A stretch of DNA of 64,000 nucleotides from Nitrosopumilus sp. (GCA_964225545.1 CAXQPB010000185.1:1781-65780), one strand, 5' to 3'. Shown: positions 11,293-21,095, counted from the stretch's first letter. The notes: generated from the letters alone by a model not told the origin. Program-made: numbers and translations.

Positions 11293-12511
11293 GCTCATGA
11301 CACGCAGGGAGGCCCGCTTCCCCGGAAAGCGTCGCAGCCGCGAGCGGAGCGGATCTGCGCAGCGCCGGGAGCGTGGGGTGGCCCTGCTCGTCGTCCTCGC
11401 CGCGATAGCGCTGCTGACAATCAGCATCATGGACTTCACCTATGCAGGTCAGGTCGGCTACCGCAGGACGGCACACTGGCTCAAGGCCCGTCAGGCCCAG
11501 ATGCTGGCCGACTCCGGCGTGCGACTGGCATCGACGCTGTTATCCATGGACAGCCGCGTAAAGTCCGCGATCGCCTCGATCGGAGAAACACGAAGCGCCG
11601 ATACCACCGCGCTGACCGACTTCTGGGCGGGGATCTGCTCGCGTGAATCGGAGCCTGCCTGTCCGCAGAATCCTCTCTCCTTCGTCTGTGAGCTGGATCT
11701 CGGTGACGGAATGCTGGCCGTTCGCATCGAGGACGAGGGCGGCCGCTTCAACATCAATTCGCTCAATGAGTTCCAGGACTGTGAGGGCTCGGTCGCCCAG
11801 TGGCATCACGACATGCTCGGCAACCTGTTGCTCGCAGGCGGCGTGGACCCGACATTGCGCGGGGCGATCGTTGATTGGATCGACCGTGACGAACGCCCGT
11901 ATCGCTGCGGGGCGCCCGGCGCAGAGGCGGCCGAGTATGCCGCGCGGGACTTCGATTACGGCCCACGGAACAGGCCGATCCTCGGGCTGCGCGAACTGGC
12001 GCTGATCGACGGAATAGACGCCGCGCAGCTCGCGAGGCTGCGACGGGGCGCCACCGCGCTGCCCCTGCCGGAAGACCGGGACCAGCGCCGCAGCGCCGGC
12101 AGCATCAACATCAACACCGCCGGCGACGCCACGCTCGCCGCCCTCGCAGCTTCCGGTGAGGCCGGCCTGCAACCTTTTCTGACCCGTATCAAGAACGAGC
12201 GCTGCATCGATCCCTTCACCGAGGCCGATCTCGACAGCCGGCTCACGGCGATGCTCGGCGACAACGGGCAGGCAGCAGCGCTGGGCAAACGACTGGCCGT
12301 CAGCAGTGACTGGTTCACGGTGCGCGCGACGGGTCGCGTCGATGACGTCGAGCAGTCCGCCGAAGCATTGCTCCTGCGCACCGATGGCAGCTTCGCGCTC
12401 GCATCCTACCTGCCGCGACGAGGGCCGAATATAGAAGGATTGAACTGGGACGCAGCGCTGCCCGTCGCGACGATGGCCGGCCTGTCGATCAGCGAAGGAG
12501 GCGGGTTCTAG
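11282..12511 (+). CDS. gspK: Minor pseudopilin GspK
   Basis: 409 aa. Hydrophobic N-terminus RGVALLVVLAAIALLTI without Glu+5, as expected for GspK. GRFNINSLN and ININTAGDATLAAL motifs. Confidence 0.8.
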   Translation: MPAELMTRREARFPGKRRSRERSGSAQRRERGVALLVVLAAIALLTISIMDFTYAGQVGYRRTAHWLKARQAQMLADSGVRLASTLLSMDSRVKSAIASIGETRSADTTALTDFWAGICSRESEPACPQNPLSFVCELDLGDGMLAVRIEDEGGRFNINSLNEFQDCEGSVAQWHHDMLGNLLLAGGVDPTLRGAIVDWIDRDERPYRCGAPGAEAAEYAARDFDYGPRNRPILGLRELALIDGIDAAQLARLRRGATALPLPEDRDQRRSAGSININTAGDATLAALAASGEAGLQPFLTRIKNERCIDPFTEADLDSRLTAMLGDNGQAAALGKRLAVSSDWFTVRATGRVDDVEQSAEALLLRTDGSFALASYLPRRGPNIEGLNWDAALPVATMAGLSISEGGGF

Positions 12512-12513
12512 CC

Positions 12514-13911
12514 ATGGCGAGCCACATCCTCACGCTGCATGCGGCGGGTGGTCAGGTCTGTTTCGCGGTGGCGGTATCCACGCTGCGATCGCTGCGTGTG
12601 ACCGCCCTCGGGCGTGTCGCCGCCAGCAGCCCGGTAATCGCCGAGCTCGCCTCGCAGCGGGATTGGGACCACGTCGTCGCCAGCGTCGCCTCGGAGAGCG
12701 CCGTCCATCGCTTCCTCGAGTTTCCGTTCCATGACCGCAAGCGGCTCGCGCTTGCCGTCGGGCCGGCCCTGGAGGAGCACGTCCCGCTCTCGCTGGACGA
12801 CGCCATCACCGCCTACGGCCGCGCATCCGGCGAGAGCGGGTCGCAGGGGCGCGTCCTCGCCGCGATGACGCCGAAATCGGCGATGGAACAGCAGCTCGCC
12901 ACGCTGGCGAAAGACGGCATCGTCCCGGAGAGACTGATCTGGGCCCCGTCGGCGATTCTCGAGGTCTACGCGCGCGCCGTCGACACTCAGAACGACTTCG
13001 TGGCAATCGACCTTGGCGAGGAGGCCGCCGTCATCGGCGCTTTCGAGTCGGGACAGCTGACCGCGCTGCGCATTGTACGGCGCACCGACGATGAGGTCTT
13101 CGTCCGCAACGTCGGCTGGTCACTGCGCACCATCGAGCGGCTGCCCGATCGGGTCGTGGCAGGCGGAAGTCGCGCGTCCGATGTTGTCGGCGCACTTGCC
13201 GACAGCCTCGCCGGACTCACCGTGGAACACCTGCCATTCGATGCTCCGATCGAGCTGGATCCCGCGGCCGCTCCCGGCTGGCGCGGCCTGACCGCGCCTC
13301 TCGGACTGGTACTCGCAGCCACTGGAAAGCTCGCCGTGCCTGCCATCGAGTTCCCGGTCGAGGTCGAGATCGGCGAGGCGGTCGAGGAGGTCGCCGGTGT
13401 CGGCCGGCGGCTCGCGCCGTGGGCAGCGGCGGCGGCGCTCATGGGGTTGACATCGGTCGGCCTCGACCAGGTCCGACTGAGTATGGAGGCAGGGCGGCTG
13501 CAGCAGCAGGCGGACCGGATCTACAGTTCGGCGATGCCTGGATCGCCCGGCGGGCCCGGGCAGAGGGTCAAACTCGAGCTCCGGGTCAGCGAGCTCGAAA
13601 ATCTGCGCGCGGAGAATCGCTCTTCGGAAAATCACATGTCGCCGCTGGCGATCCTGACAACGATGTCCAGCGTGGTGCCGGCACAGCTGGAGGTCGAGTT
13701 CGAGAGCTACGACTACGACCCGCCGAACGTGCGCCTGCGCGGCGATGGGACGAGCTTCGAGACGGTAACCCGGCTCCAGCAGGTCCTCGACGCCGAGTCG
13801 GGATTCGCCGACGTAGCGGTGAGCGATGTCCGGACTGATGCGGACGGCGACGGTGTCGTATTCGAGCTTCGGTTCCGCGTTCCGGCGAATCCGGGGAGTC
13901 GTCAGTCGTGA
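12514..13911 (+). CDS. gspL: GspL-like assembly protein (PilM/PilN-like architecture)
   Basis: 465 aa. Called from its position between gspK and gspM, a cytoplasmic N-domain, one TM (APWAAAAALMGLTSVGL) and a periplasmic C-domain. No diagnostic motif recognised. Confidence 0.6.
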   Translation: MASHILTLHAAGGQVCFAVAVSTLRSLRVTALGRVAASSPVIAELASQRDWDHVVASVASESAVHRFLEFPFHDRKRLALAVGPALEEHVPLSLDDAITAYGRASGESGSQGRVLAAMTPKSAMEQQLATLAKDGIVPERLIWAPSAILEVYARAVDTQNDFVAIDLGEEAAVIGAFESGQLTALRIVRRTDDEVFVRNVGWSLRTIERLPDRVVAGGSRASDVVGALADSLAGLTVEHLPFDAPIELDPAAAPGWRGLTAPLGLVLAATGKLAVPAIEFPVEVEIGEAVEEVAGVGRRLAPWAAAAALMGLTSVGLDQVRLSMEAGRLQQQADRIYSSAMPGSPGGPGQRVKLELRVSELENLRAENRSSENHMSPLAILTTMSSVVPAQLEVEFESYDYDPPNVRLRGDGTSFETVTRLQQVLDAESGFADVAVSDVRTDADGDGVVFELRFRVPANPGSRQS

Positions 13912-14480
13912 ACGCACGGGCATTGCTGGCACGCATTCGCCAGACGCTGGACTCGTCCCTCGCCAGACTCAACCCGCGAGAGCGCCGGCTGGTCAGCGTT
14001 CTCGGGGCGGTGACGCTCGTCGGCGGTGTCTACATCATGATCGTCGAGCCGTACCAAGAGAGCCGTCACCGCGCCCGCCGGCGGATCGAGACACTCTCCC
14101 GCGACCTCGGAGCGATGGAGTCGCTGGCCGCGAAAATCCGCGCTCTGGAAGCCACCACCGCCAAGGTCGAGAGCAGCGAAGCTACGGCTGCCGGATTTTC
14201 GCTCTTCTCGTTCGTCGACAAGGCAACGCAAGCCGCCATCAGCCGCGATGCCGTGGCCTCGATGAATCCGGCCAAGCGACCGGTTCGCGGAGGCCTCGAA
14301 GAGAGTTCTGTGGAGCTGCGACTTACGTCCGTCGGGCTGCCGGAGATCGTCGCGCTCCTCGAACAGATCGAAGCGACGACCGAACCGGTTTACGTCAAAC
14401 GCGTCGAGCTGAAACGGCGCTACGACGACCGCGCGCGCTTCGACGCGACGATCGTGACCGCTGCGCTGACCCGGACATGA
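13908..14480 (+). CDS. gspM: GspM-like protein
   Basis: 190 aa. Single N-terminal TM (RRLVSVLGAVTLVGGVYIMIVEPY). GTGA overlap with gspL and ATGA overlap with the next gene. Confidence 0.6.
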   Translation: MNARALLARIRQTLDSSLARLNPRERRLVSVLGAVTLVGGVYIMIVEPYQESRHRARRRIETLSRDLGAMESLAAKIRALEATTAKVESSEATAAGFSLFSFVDKATQAAISRDAVASMNPAKRPVRGGLEESSVELRLTSVGLPEIVALLEQIEATTEPVYVKRVELKRRYDDRARFDATIVTAALTRT

Positions 14481-15346
14481 AACGCGCCCTGCCCTTCACC
14501 CTGTTGTTTCTGGCCTTCCTGGTCTGGACCTTTCCTCACCGACTGCTCGTGGAGAGTCTGCTGAAAAACCGCCTGCATGAACTCGATGTCACCGTCACGA
14601 CCGGCTCTGCAGGCCTCACCTGGCCGCCCGGATACGGCGTCGAGGAGGTAAGCCTGGCCCGTGACCCGTACCGGCTGGAGATCGAGTCCGTCCATATCGA
14701 CCTGTACTTCGGCGGTGGGCTCGCCTTCGACGCCGACGCCTGCGGCGGCACCGTGCGCGGACGGTTGAAGGCCGAGCCGCGTGACCGGAAAGTGATAGCC
14801 CGAGACGGGCCCGGCAAGCGCCTCGAGTTCCTGTTCAACTCCATCGATCCGGCGGCGTGCCTGCAACTGGGCACAATCGGGCTGGCGGGCAAGTTCGATG
14901 GGGAGCTGCGCCTGGTCGGCCTCGGTGCAGGCCGCGGCGCTGTCGGCGCGGTCGCCGAGAACGGCCGGATGATTCTCGAAGCGCGCGATGGCCTCGTGTC
15001 GGGAAGTCTCCCCTCTCGCGGTGCGGCCGGACCGGTGCCCATCGGCGAGTGGCAGTTTCAGCGATTGCGCGCCGAGCTCAAACTCGTGCGTGGCGATCTG
15101 ATCGTGGAGCGCGCCAATGCCCGCGCGGAGGGCGTGGAGTGGGAAGTGACGGGCGGTCGGATCGGGCCGGCCGTTGGAGACACCGCGCGGATCAACATCG
15201 AGCTGCGCGCACGCCCCGTCGACGAGTCCGCACGGGCAAAAGCGATGCTCGGACTGTTGCCCAAAGCCGGAACCGATCCTCAGGGATGGCGCCGGTACCG
15301 CCTCACCGGGACGCTCTCCACACCGCGTTTCATCGGGCTGAAATAG
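14477..15346 (+). CDS. gspN: GspN-like protein
   Basis: Start chosen at ATG 14477 (MKRALPFTLLFLAFLVWTFPHRLL, N-terminal TM), overlapping the gspM stop. The track ORF from 13826 is an Arg-rich extension running through gspL/M. Last gene of the cluster. Confidence 0.55.
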   Translation: MKRALPFTLLFLAFLVWTFPHRLLVESLLKNRLHELDVTVTTGSAGLTWPPGYGVEEVSLARDPYRLEIESVHIDLYFGGGLAFDADACGGTVRGRLKAEPRDRKVIARDGPGKRLEFLFNSIDPAACLQLGTIGLAGKFDGELRLVGLGAGRGAVGAVAENGRMILEARDGLVSGSLPSRGAAGPVPIGEWQFQRLRAELKLVRGDLIVERANARAEGVEWEVTGGRIGPAVGDTARINIELRARPVDESARAKAMLGLLPKAGTDPQGWRRYRLTGTLSTPRFIGLK

Positions 15347-15358
15347 ACCGCGCAGGGA

Positions 15359-16672
15359 TCATCCGGCGGCGTCTCTCAGCTCGCGCATGAGCGCAACATT
15401 GTGGGCATGGCCGGTCTTGTGAGCAGTGATCCGCCCGTGCAACGGGCGGCCGAGCAGATAGCCGTCGCCGATGACATCGAGAACCTTGTGACGGGCCAGC
15501 TCGTCTGGGAAGCGCAGCTCCGTGTTCACGACGCCCTCTTGCCCGATCAGAATGAAGTTGCTCAGCCGTCCGCCGTGCCCGAGGCCGGCGTCTTCGAGGC
15601 TGCGTATCTCGTCAACGAAGCCGAACGTGCGTGCCGGGGCGACCTCTCGTCGGAAAGCGTCAGTGCCGGTCATCTCGAACTCGTAGGTTTGCCGGCCCAC
15701 CGGGGACGGGTACTCGAGCTCGTAGCGAACGATCAAACCGTCCCACGGCTCGATCTCGATCCACCGATCCGCGTCGCCGACCCGAATGCGGCGATCCGCT
15801 CTGAGCGGGCTGCATTCGGCATTCTGATCTTCCAGACCCGCGCCCTCGATCAGCTCGCAGAACCCCGATGCGGATCCGTCGAGGATGGGCACCTCGCCAT
15901 CGGTTTTGACGAGCAGGTTCGTGATGGAGTAAGCGTGCAGGGCTGCCATCAGGTGCTCGATGGTAGCCGCGGTCACCGCCTCGCGGCGCAAGCTGGTGGC
16001 GTACCCGGTAGAGTCGACGCAGTCGATATGCGCCTGGACATGGGCACTGGACCCGAGCCTGCCGAAGCGGATACCGGCCCCCGGCGGTAGCGGCTCCAGG
16101 ATCAGCCCTGAGGACACCCCGCTGTGCAGTCCTACCCCACCGGCAACAACGCTGTGTTGGATCGTTCGTTGGCACGCCGCTCCCGAGAAACCCGCAGCCG
16201 GCGCTGCGCTCGGGGTGCAGCCATTCTCGCCACCTTGCGAACCGAGCGCGACTGCCGCTCCCGGCCTTTGCCCCAACACCCGCCCTGTCGCGTCCAGCAG
16301 CGCGCCGTTGGCGAAGGGCTTCGAGACAAAGTCGACCGCGCCCAGGCGCGTGGCGCGCACAGCGAGATCGATGTTGGCGGGTTCGGACACGGCGATGACC
16401 GGCGGCGCTCCCCGCTGCGCGCGCAGCGCCGCGAGTGCCGCAAGAAACTCCAACCCGTCCATGCCGGGCATCCACAGGTCGACAATAATCAGATCCGGTC
16501 CGGCGCTGTCCGGGGCAGCTTCGACGAGATCCATCGCCTCGCGCCCGCCCGTAGCGCATTGAACGGCATATCCGTGCCCGCGCAGAGCCGCTGCGGCGCC
16601 CTCCGGCACCTCGCCCTCGTCGTCGACGACAAGGATGTTGAACGTGTCGTTGGGTGGACAGCTTTCGTTCAC
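15359..16672 (-). CDS. lpxC: Response-regulator receiver domain fused to UDP-3-O-acyl-GlcNAc deacetylase (LpxC)
   Basis: Receiver: NILVVDDEGE...DLIIVDLWMPGMDG...VIAVSEP...DFVSKPF, so the DD, phospho-Asp, Ser and Lys positions are all present. LpxC: TIEHLMAALHAY, FGFVDEI, ARHKVLDVIGDGYLLG, AHKTGHAHNVALM. Start set at GTG 16672. The track extension to 16993 runs into ruvB and has no protein-like character. Confidence 0.85.
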   Translation of the reverse strand: MNESCPPNDTFNILVVDDEGEVPEGAAAALRGHGYAVQCATGGREAMDLVEAAPDSAGPDLIIVDLWMPGMDGLEFLAALAALRAQRGAPPVIAVSEPANIDLAVRATRLGAVDFVSKPFANGALLDATGRVLGQRPGAAVALGSQGGENGCTPSAAPAAGFSGAACQRTIQHSVVAGGVGLHSGVSSGLILEPLPPGAGIRFGRLGSSAHVQAHIDCVDSTGYATSLRREAVTAATIEHLMAALHAYSITNLLVKTDGEVPILDGSASGFCELIEGAGLEDQNAECSPLRADRRIRVGDADRWIEIEPWDGLIVRYELEYPSPVGRQTYEFEMTGTDAFRREVAPARTFGFVDEIRSLEDAGLGHGGRLSNFILIGQEGVVNTELRFPDELARHKVLDVIGDGYLLGRPLHGRITAHKTGHAHNVALMRELRDAAG

Positions 16673-16841
16673 GTCACAGAAGCGCCGCTTCTGAGAGTCG
16701 GCGCAGACGCGGGCGGACCGACGCTCGCGCAGACTGCGCGTACCACGCGGACCGATCTCATGGTACCGGCTGATGTCCCTGGACTCACAGGGAGAGTTAT
16801 CAGCCGACGCAGATCGGCCAGAACGAAACGGCGGGAAATGC

Positions 16842-17885
16842 TCAGAGCAGAGCCGGTTGGCCACCGGTGGGCTTGAAGCCGAAATGCTCCCACGCACGCG
16901 CGGTTGCCACGCGTCCGCGCGGCGTCCGCTGCAGAAAACCGAGCCGCAACAGGAAAGGCTCGTAGACTTCCTCCAGCGTCCCCGCGTCCTCACCGATGGC
17001 CGCCGCCAGGGTATCGATCCCGACCGGGCCGCCGTCGAATTTCTCGAGCAGCGTGCTCACGAACTGTCGGTCCATCGCATCGAAGCCGACCTTGTCAACG
17101 CCCAGCATCTCGAGCGCGTCGCGCACGACGTCGCGCGTGATACGACCATCGGCCCTGACCTGGGCATAGTCGCGAAGTCTGCGCAGCAGTCTGTTGGCAA
17201 CGCGAGGGGTTCCCCGGGCGCGCCGCGCGAGGTCCGCGGCTGCCGCCTCGTCGATCTCGACGTCGAGCAGCCCCGACGAGCGCCGGATGATCGTGGCCAG
17301 CTCGTCGTCCTCATAAAACTCGAGCCGGAGCACCTGGCCGAACCGCGACCGCAACGGCGCAGTCAACAGGCCGGTGCGCGTTGTCGCGCCGACGAGCGTG
17401 AACGGGCTGAGGTCAATCGTGATCGACCTCGCCGCCGGCCCCTCACCGATCACGAGATCGAGCTTGGAGTCTTCCATCGCCGGGTAGAGGATTTCCTCGA
17501 TCGCTCTCCCGAGACGGTGTATCTCGTCAATGAAAAGTACGTCGCCGGGCTCGAGGGCGGTGAGGATCGCAGCCAGATCTCCCGCCTTCTCGATGACCGG
17601 CCCGCTGGTCTGCCGAATGCGGCCGCCCATCTCGGTTGCGATGATGTAGGCGAGTGATGTCTTGCCGAGCCCCGGCGGCCCCATCAGCAGAACGTGGTCA
17701 AGCGGTTCGTTTCGGCCCTGCGCTGCTGCAATCGCGATCTCGAGATTCTCGCGAACCGCTTTCTGGCCGACGTAGTCCGTGAGCGTGGACGGCCGCAGAC
17801 TGACGTCCGCGCCTCCGTCCTCTGCCACCTCGTATGGCGTGACCGAGATCTCACTCATGATTTCACCCGCCGGTTCTTTCGACAA
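16842..17885 (-). CDS. ruvB: Holliday junction branch-migration helicase RuvB
   Basis: 347 aa. [12 protein letters not shown]. Walker [12 protein letters not shown]. Walker [11 protein letters not shown]. Winged-helix C-terminus. Confidence 0.97.
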   Translation of the reverse strand: MSKEPAGEIMSEISVTPYEVAEDGGADVSLRPSTLTDYVGQKAVRENLEIAIAAAQGRNEPLDHVLLMGPPGLGKTSLAYIIATEMGGRIRQTSGPVIEKAGDLAAILTALEPGDVLFIDEIHRLGRAIEEILYPAMEDSKLDLVIGEGPAARSITIDLSPFTLVGATTRTGLLTAPLRSRFGQVLRLEFYEDDELATIIRRSSGLLDVEIDEAAAADLARRARGTPRVANRLLRRLRDYAQVRADGRITRDVVRDALEMLGVDKVGFDAMDRQFVSTLLEKFDGGPVGIDTLAAAIGEDAGTLEEVYEPFLLRLGFLQRTPRGRVATARAWEHFGFKPTGGQPALL

Positions 17886-17909
17886 TCGATGTCATGCCGA
17901 GAAAAACGG

Positions 17910-18482
17910 TCATGCCAGCTGCGTGAGCGAGCGCTTGATCACGGCCTCGATCGGCTCATCGGCGACCGGTTTGCTCGCTGTTACCGCCTTGCGGGCCTCG
18001 GCCTGCCGATAGCCGAGACTGACCAGCGCCAGAATAGCCTCCTCCTCGAGCGACGCCCCGCCGGAGCTCGAGCCGCCCTCCAGACCGGCCTTGCCCTTGA
18101 GCTCGACGAGGATGCGTTCGGCGGTTTTCCGGCCAACGCCGGGGATCGCCACGAGTCTCTCAACCCGGCCGTCGCGAAGCACCTCGGCAAGCTCGCCAGG
18201 CTCGATCCCGGAGAGTATCGCGAGCGCGAGCTTGGGGCCGATCCCCGACACCGCTCGAAGAAGATTGAACAGCTTGCGCTCATCGCCGGTCCCGAAACCG
18301 AACAGGTCGAAGGCGTTCTCCCGCACAACCGTAGCCGTCAGGAGCTCCAGCGTGCCGCCTGTTTCGGGGAGCCGGCAGAAAGTGGTCAGCGACACGAACA
18401 GCTGAAAGCCCACTCCGCCCACATCAATCACGACCTCGCCAGGGGCCTTGTCGGCCAGTTTGCCTCGTACGCGCGCGATCAT
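17910..18482 (-). CDS. ruvA: Holliday junction DNA-binding protein RuvA
   Basis: 190 aa. MIARVRGKL...GVGFQLFVS. HhH motifs (LLRAVSGIGPKLALAIL; LVAIPGVGRKTAERILVELK). Confidence 0.95.
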   Translation of the reverse strand: MIARVRGKLADKAPGEVVIDVGGVGFQLFVSLTTFCRLPETGGTLELLTATVVRENAFDLFGFGTGDERKLFNLLRAVSGIGPKLALAILSGIEPGELAEVLRDGRVERLVAIPGVGRKTAERILVELKGKAGLEGGSSSGGASLEEEAILALVSLGYRQAEARKAVTASKPVADEPIEAVIKRSLTQLA

Positions 18483-18486
18483 GATC

Positions 18487-19053
18487 TCAGCCCGTCACTC
18501 GCCGACGAACCGGCGCTACAGAGCGCCCCTGCCTGCCGGCCGCCCGGTCTCCGCCACTCAGCGCGGCGTCAACCCGGTCATCGAACCCTCGCCGCAGGCC
18601 GTGACAGGCGGCAGCGGCAAGCGCATCGGCCTCGTCGGAGACGGGAACCTCGTCCAGCCGGAAAATCTGCACTACGGCATGCTGTATCTGGGCCTTGTCG
18701 GCGCGGCCATGCCCGACAATGGATTTCTTGATCGTCGCCGGCGTGTACTCGTGCAGCTCGACTCCGGCAGCGGCAGCGGCAGCCATCGCTACCCCACGCG
18801 CCTCGCCGAGGCGGAAGGCACTCTGGACATTCTTGGCGACGAAGTTGCGTTCGAGGCTCAGCACGCTCGGTTTGTGGGCGGCGATGACCTCCACCAGCAC
18901 GGCATGAATCCGCGCCAGCCGGGCCGAAAGTTCACCGCGTCCCAGGCGGATTGTTCCCGAGTCCACTCGGGCAAGCGAGCGTCCAGCGCAATCCACGACT
19001 CCCCAACCGGTGACAACGGTCCCCGGGTCAACCCCCAGCACTCGCAAGTCCAC
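18487..19053 (-). CDS. ruvC: Holliday junction resolvase RuvC
   Basis: LRVLGVDPGTVVTGWGVVD N-terminal catalytic motif, then ALSLERNF... and SDEADALAAAACH. Start is probably GTG 19053 or TTG 19047 rather than the track ATG at 19128. Confidence 0.9.
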   Translation of the reverse strand: MDLRVLGVDPGTVVTGWGVVDCAGRSLARVDSGTIRLGRGELSARLARIHAVLVEVIAAHKPSVLSLERNFVAKNVQSAFRLGEARGVAMAAAAAAGVELHEYTPATIKKSIVGHGRADKAQIQHAVVQIFRLDEVPVSDEADALAAAACHGLRRGFDDRVDAALSGGDRAAGRQGRSVAPVRRRVTG

Positions 19054-19139
19054 CTCCCGACCGGCACCGCAGCTTCCGCAGGATCGTCGGTGCGGCCGCT
19101 GCGGTGCCGCGCCGACGTGGTTCGCCACTCGGCGCAGCG

Positions 19140-19889
19140 TCAGGCAGAGAGCGCGCTCAGCTCTTCCTCGTCGATATCGAAGTTCGCGCTGACATGCTGC
19201 ACATCATCGTGGTCCTCTAGCAGGTCGAGCAGTTTGAGCGCTTTGGCCGCCTCGTTGCCCGCGAGCTTCACGAAGTTCGACGGCTCGAGCACCGGCTCGG
19301 CCGAGACAATCGTGAAGCCGGCTTGCTCGAGCGCCGCGCGGACGTCTTCGAGGGAGCCGACCTCGGTGGAGACCACCGTCACGTCGCCCTCGGTCGAGAC
19401 GTCATCGGCCCCGGCCTCCGCCGCGACCTCGAACACCGCCTCTTCATCGACCTGCTCGCCGCTCAGCCGGATCTGGCCGGCCTTGTTGAAGATCCATGCA
19501 ACGCAGCCGTTCTCGCCCAGGTTGCCGCCGTTCTTGCTGAACAAATGGCGAATCTCGGCCACGGTGCGATTCTTGTTATCGGTGAGACACTCGAGCATTA
19601 CGGCCATCCCGCCCGGGCCGTAGCCCTCGTAGGTGACCTCGACGTAATCGACGCCCTCAAGCTCGCCGGTGCCTTTTTGGATGGCTCGGTCGATGTTGTC
19701 CGCTGGCATGCTGTTGCCTTTCGCTGTCGCGATGGCAGTGCGCAGCCGCGGATTGGCCGAGGGGTCGCCGCCGCCCATCTTGGCAGCGATCGTGAGTTCC
19801 TTGATCAGCTTGGTGAAGAGCTTACCGCGCTTTGCGTCAACGGCAGCCTTCTTGTGCTTGATTGAGTGCCACTTGGAATGTCCGGACAT
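19140..19889 (-). CDS. yebC: YebC/PmpR-family transcriptional regulator
   Basis: 249 aa. [37 protein letters not shown] is the family signature. Upstream of ruvC, as in many bacteria. Confidence 0.95.
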   Translation of the reverse strand: MSGHSKWHSIKHKKAAVDAKRGKLFTKLIKELTIAAKMGGGDPSANPRLRTAIATAKGNSMPADNIDRAIQKGTGELEGVDYVEVTYEGYGPGGMAVMLECLTDNKNRTVAEIRHLFSKNGGNLGENGCVAWIFNKAGQIRLSGEQVDEEAVFEVAAEAGADDVSTEGDVTVVSTEVGSLEDVRAALEQAGFTIVSAEPVLEPSNFVKLAGNEAAKALKLLDLLEDHDDVQHVSANFDIDEEELSALSA

Positions 19890-19920
19890 CTAAGAATCCT
19901 GGGGCAAGGCAGAAAACCTT

Positions 19921-19937
19921 GGTACCTAATAGTTACC
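19921..19937. promoter_or_regulatory. Imperfect 17-bp palindrome in the yebC/rlpA divergent intergenic region (candidate operator)
   Basis: GGTAcCTA-a-TAGtTACC, 7 of 8 arm positions complementary. Lies 32-48 nt upstream of the yebC start, in the least GC-rich stretch of the window. Confidence 0.3.
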
Positions 19938-20080
19938 ACACGGTCTATTTCAGGTAAACTTGAGTGACCTGCCCGGTGCGCGGGATTCCCCCGCTTTTCA
20001 CGAACAGAACAGACAGAGCAAACGATTGCGAAGCCGGTGTCCCGCGCGACGCCGGCCGAGAGTCGATTGGAGTAATCTGC

Positions 20081-20842
20081 ATGCAGACCCGTACCCGCGG
20101 CATTTCCGAGGCTTTCCGCGTGACTCTGTACGCGCTGATTGCGCTGAGCACGACGGCAGCGCGCCCGATCGAGATTGCGCCCGAGGAGCGCCCCTATCCG
20201 GCACCGGTCATCACGGAGCGCGGCACCCAGCTCGGGCTCGCATCCTGGTATGGGCCGGGTTTTCATGGGCGACAGACCGCGGGTGGCGAGGTCTACAATC
20301 AGGAGGCGCTGACAGCCGCGCACCGATCGCTTCCGCTGGGGACCATCATTGAGGTAACCAACCGCGAGTCGCATGCGCGCGTCCGCCTGCGCGTTAACGA
20401 TCGCGGCCCCTATCACCCGCACCGCGTGCTGGATCTGTCGCACGCGGCCGCGATCGCGCTGGGAGCGCTCGATCGCGGTGTCATCCCCGTCGAGATCCGC
20501 ATCGTGAACCCCGCAGGGACAGATTGGCCGCAGGTCCGCTACAGCGTTCAGGTCGCTGCTTTCCGCGACCGCGACCGCGCCGAGACCGCTGCACTCTCGA
20601 TGAAGCCGTACGACGCACATGTCACCCCGTCACGTTCCGCCGCAAGCGGCGCGAGCCGCTCGGTCTATCGCGTTCGTGTCGGCTCTTACGCCGACCGCTC
20701 AACGGCGGCTCGACTCGCGCTGGCGTTGCGCGCTCGGGGCCACCAGCCTTACGTTGTCGAGGTCACCCCTCGCCCGGCGGGCACGCATCGAGAAGCCATT
20801 CAAGATAGGAGTCCGACGTCGCCGCCGCATCCAGCGCGATGA
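20081..20842 (+). CDS. rlpA: Septal-ring lytic transglycosylase-like lipoprotein RlpA (DPBB + SPOR)
   Basis: GLASWYGPGFHGRQTAGGEVYNQEALTAAHRSLPLGTIIEVTN...VRLRVNDRGPY (double-psi beta-barrel). C-terminal SPOR domain (YSVQVAAFRDRDRAE...YRVRVGSYADRSTAARL). Start set at ATG 20081 (MQTRTRGISEAFRVTLYALIALS). Confidence 0.88.
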   Translation: MQTRTRGISEAFRVTLYALIALSTTAARPIEIAPEERPYPAPVITERGTQLGLASWYGPGFHGRQTAGGEVYNQEALTAAHRSLPLGTIIEVTNRESHARVRLRVNDRGPYHPHRVLDLSHAAAIALGALDRGVIPVEIRIVNPAGTDWPQVRYSVQVAAFRDRDRAETAALSMKPYDAHVTPSRSAASGASRSVYRVRVGSYADRSTAARLALALRARGHQPYVVEVTPRPAGTHREAIQDRSPTSPPHPAR

Positions 20843-21095
20843 ATTCATGAACCTCGTAGCCGCTGAGCGCGCGCACCCTGCGCTCGAGTCGCTCGAGCAG
20901 ATCCGTGGCGGTTTTGATGATCAGAAGTCGTTCCTCGGCGACCTCGACCTTGCCTTCCCAGCGATAGGTCGACCCGACCGGCAGCTGTTTGACGCACGCG
21001 GCGAGGCGCTCTTCGACCAGCACTCGCGCGCACCGCGCCGCTTCTTCTTCAGTCGTCACGGTCGTCAGAACCACCGTCAGTCTCCTGTCCGTCAC
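20763..21095 (-). CDS. cutA: Divalent-cation tolerance protein CutA
   Basis: VVLTTVTTEEEAARCARVLVEERLAACVKQLPVGSTYRWEGKVEVAEERLLIIKT...YEVHEFIAL...YLEWL. GTG 21095 is preceded by AAGGAGG at a 6-nt spacer. The 3' end overlaps the convergent rlpA by 80 nt. Confidence 0.85.
   Translation of the reverse strand: MTDRRLTVVLTTVTTEEEAARCARVLVEERLAACVKQLPVGSTYRWEGKVEVAEERLLIIKTATDLLERLERRVRALSGYEVHEFIALDAAATSDSYLEWLLDACPPGEG

Noticed and set aside
13826-14476. N-terminal 217-aa extension of the gspN ORF in the track
   Set aside because: It is an extremely Arg-rich frame overlapping gspL and gspM. A proper ATG with an N-terminal TM, overlapping the gspM stop, is present at 14477.
16673-16993. N-terminal 107-aa extension of the receiver-LpxC ORF
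   Set aside because: It overlaps the ruvB 3' end, has no protein-like features and contains no internal Met. GTG 16672 sits 11 codons before the receiver beta-1 strand.
19921-19937. Assignment of the yebC-upstream palindrome as a LexA box
   Set aside because: It does not match the E. coli, Gram-positive, alpha-proteobacterial, Geobacter or cyanobacterial LexA consensus sequences as I recall them. It is kept only as an unassigned candidate operator.
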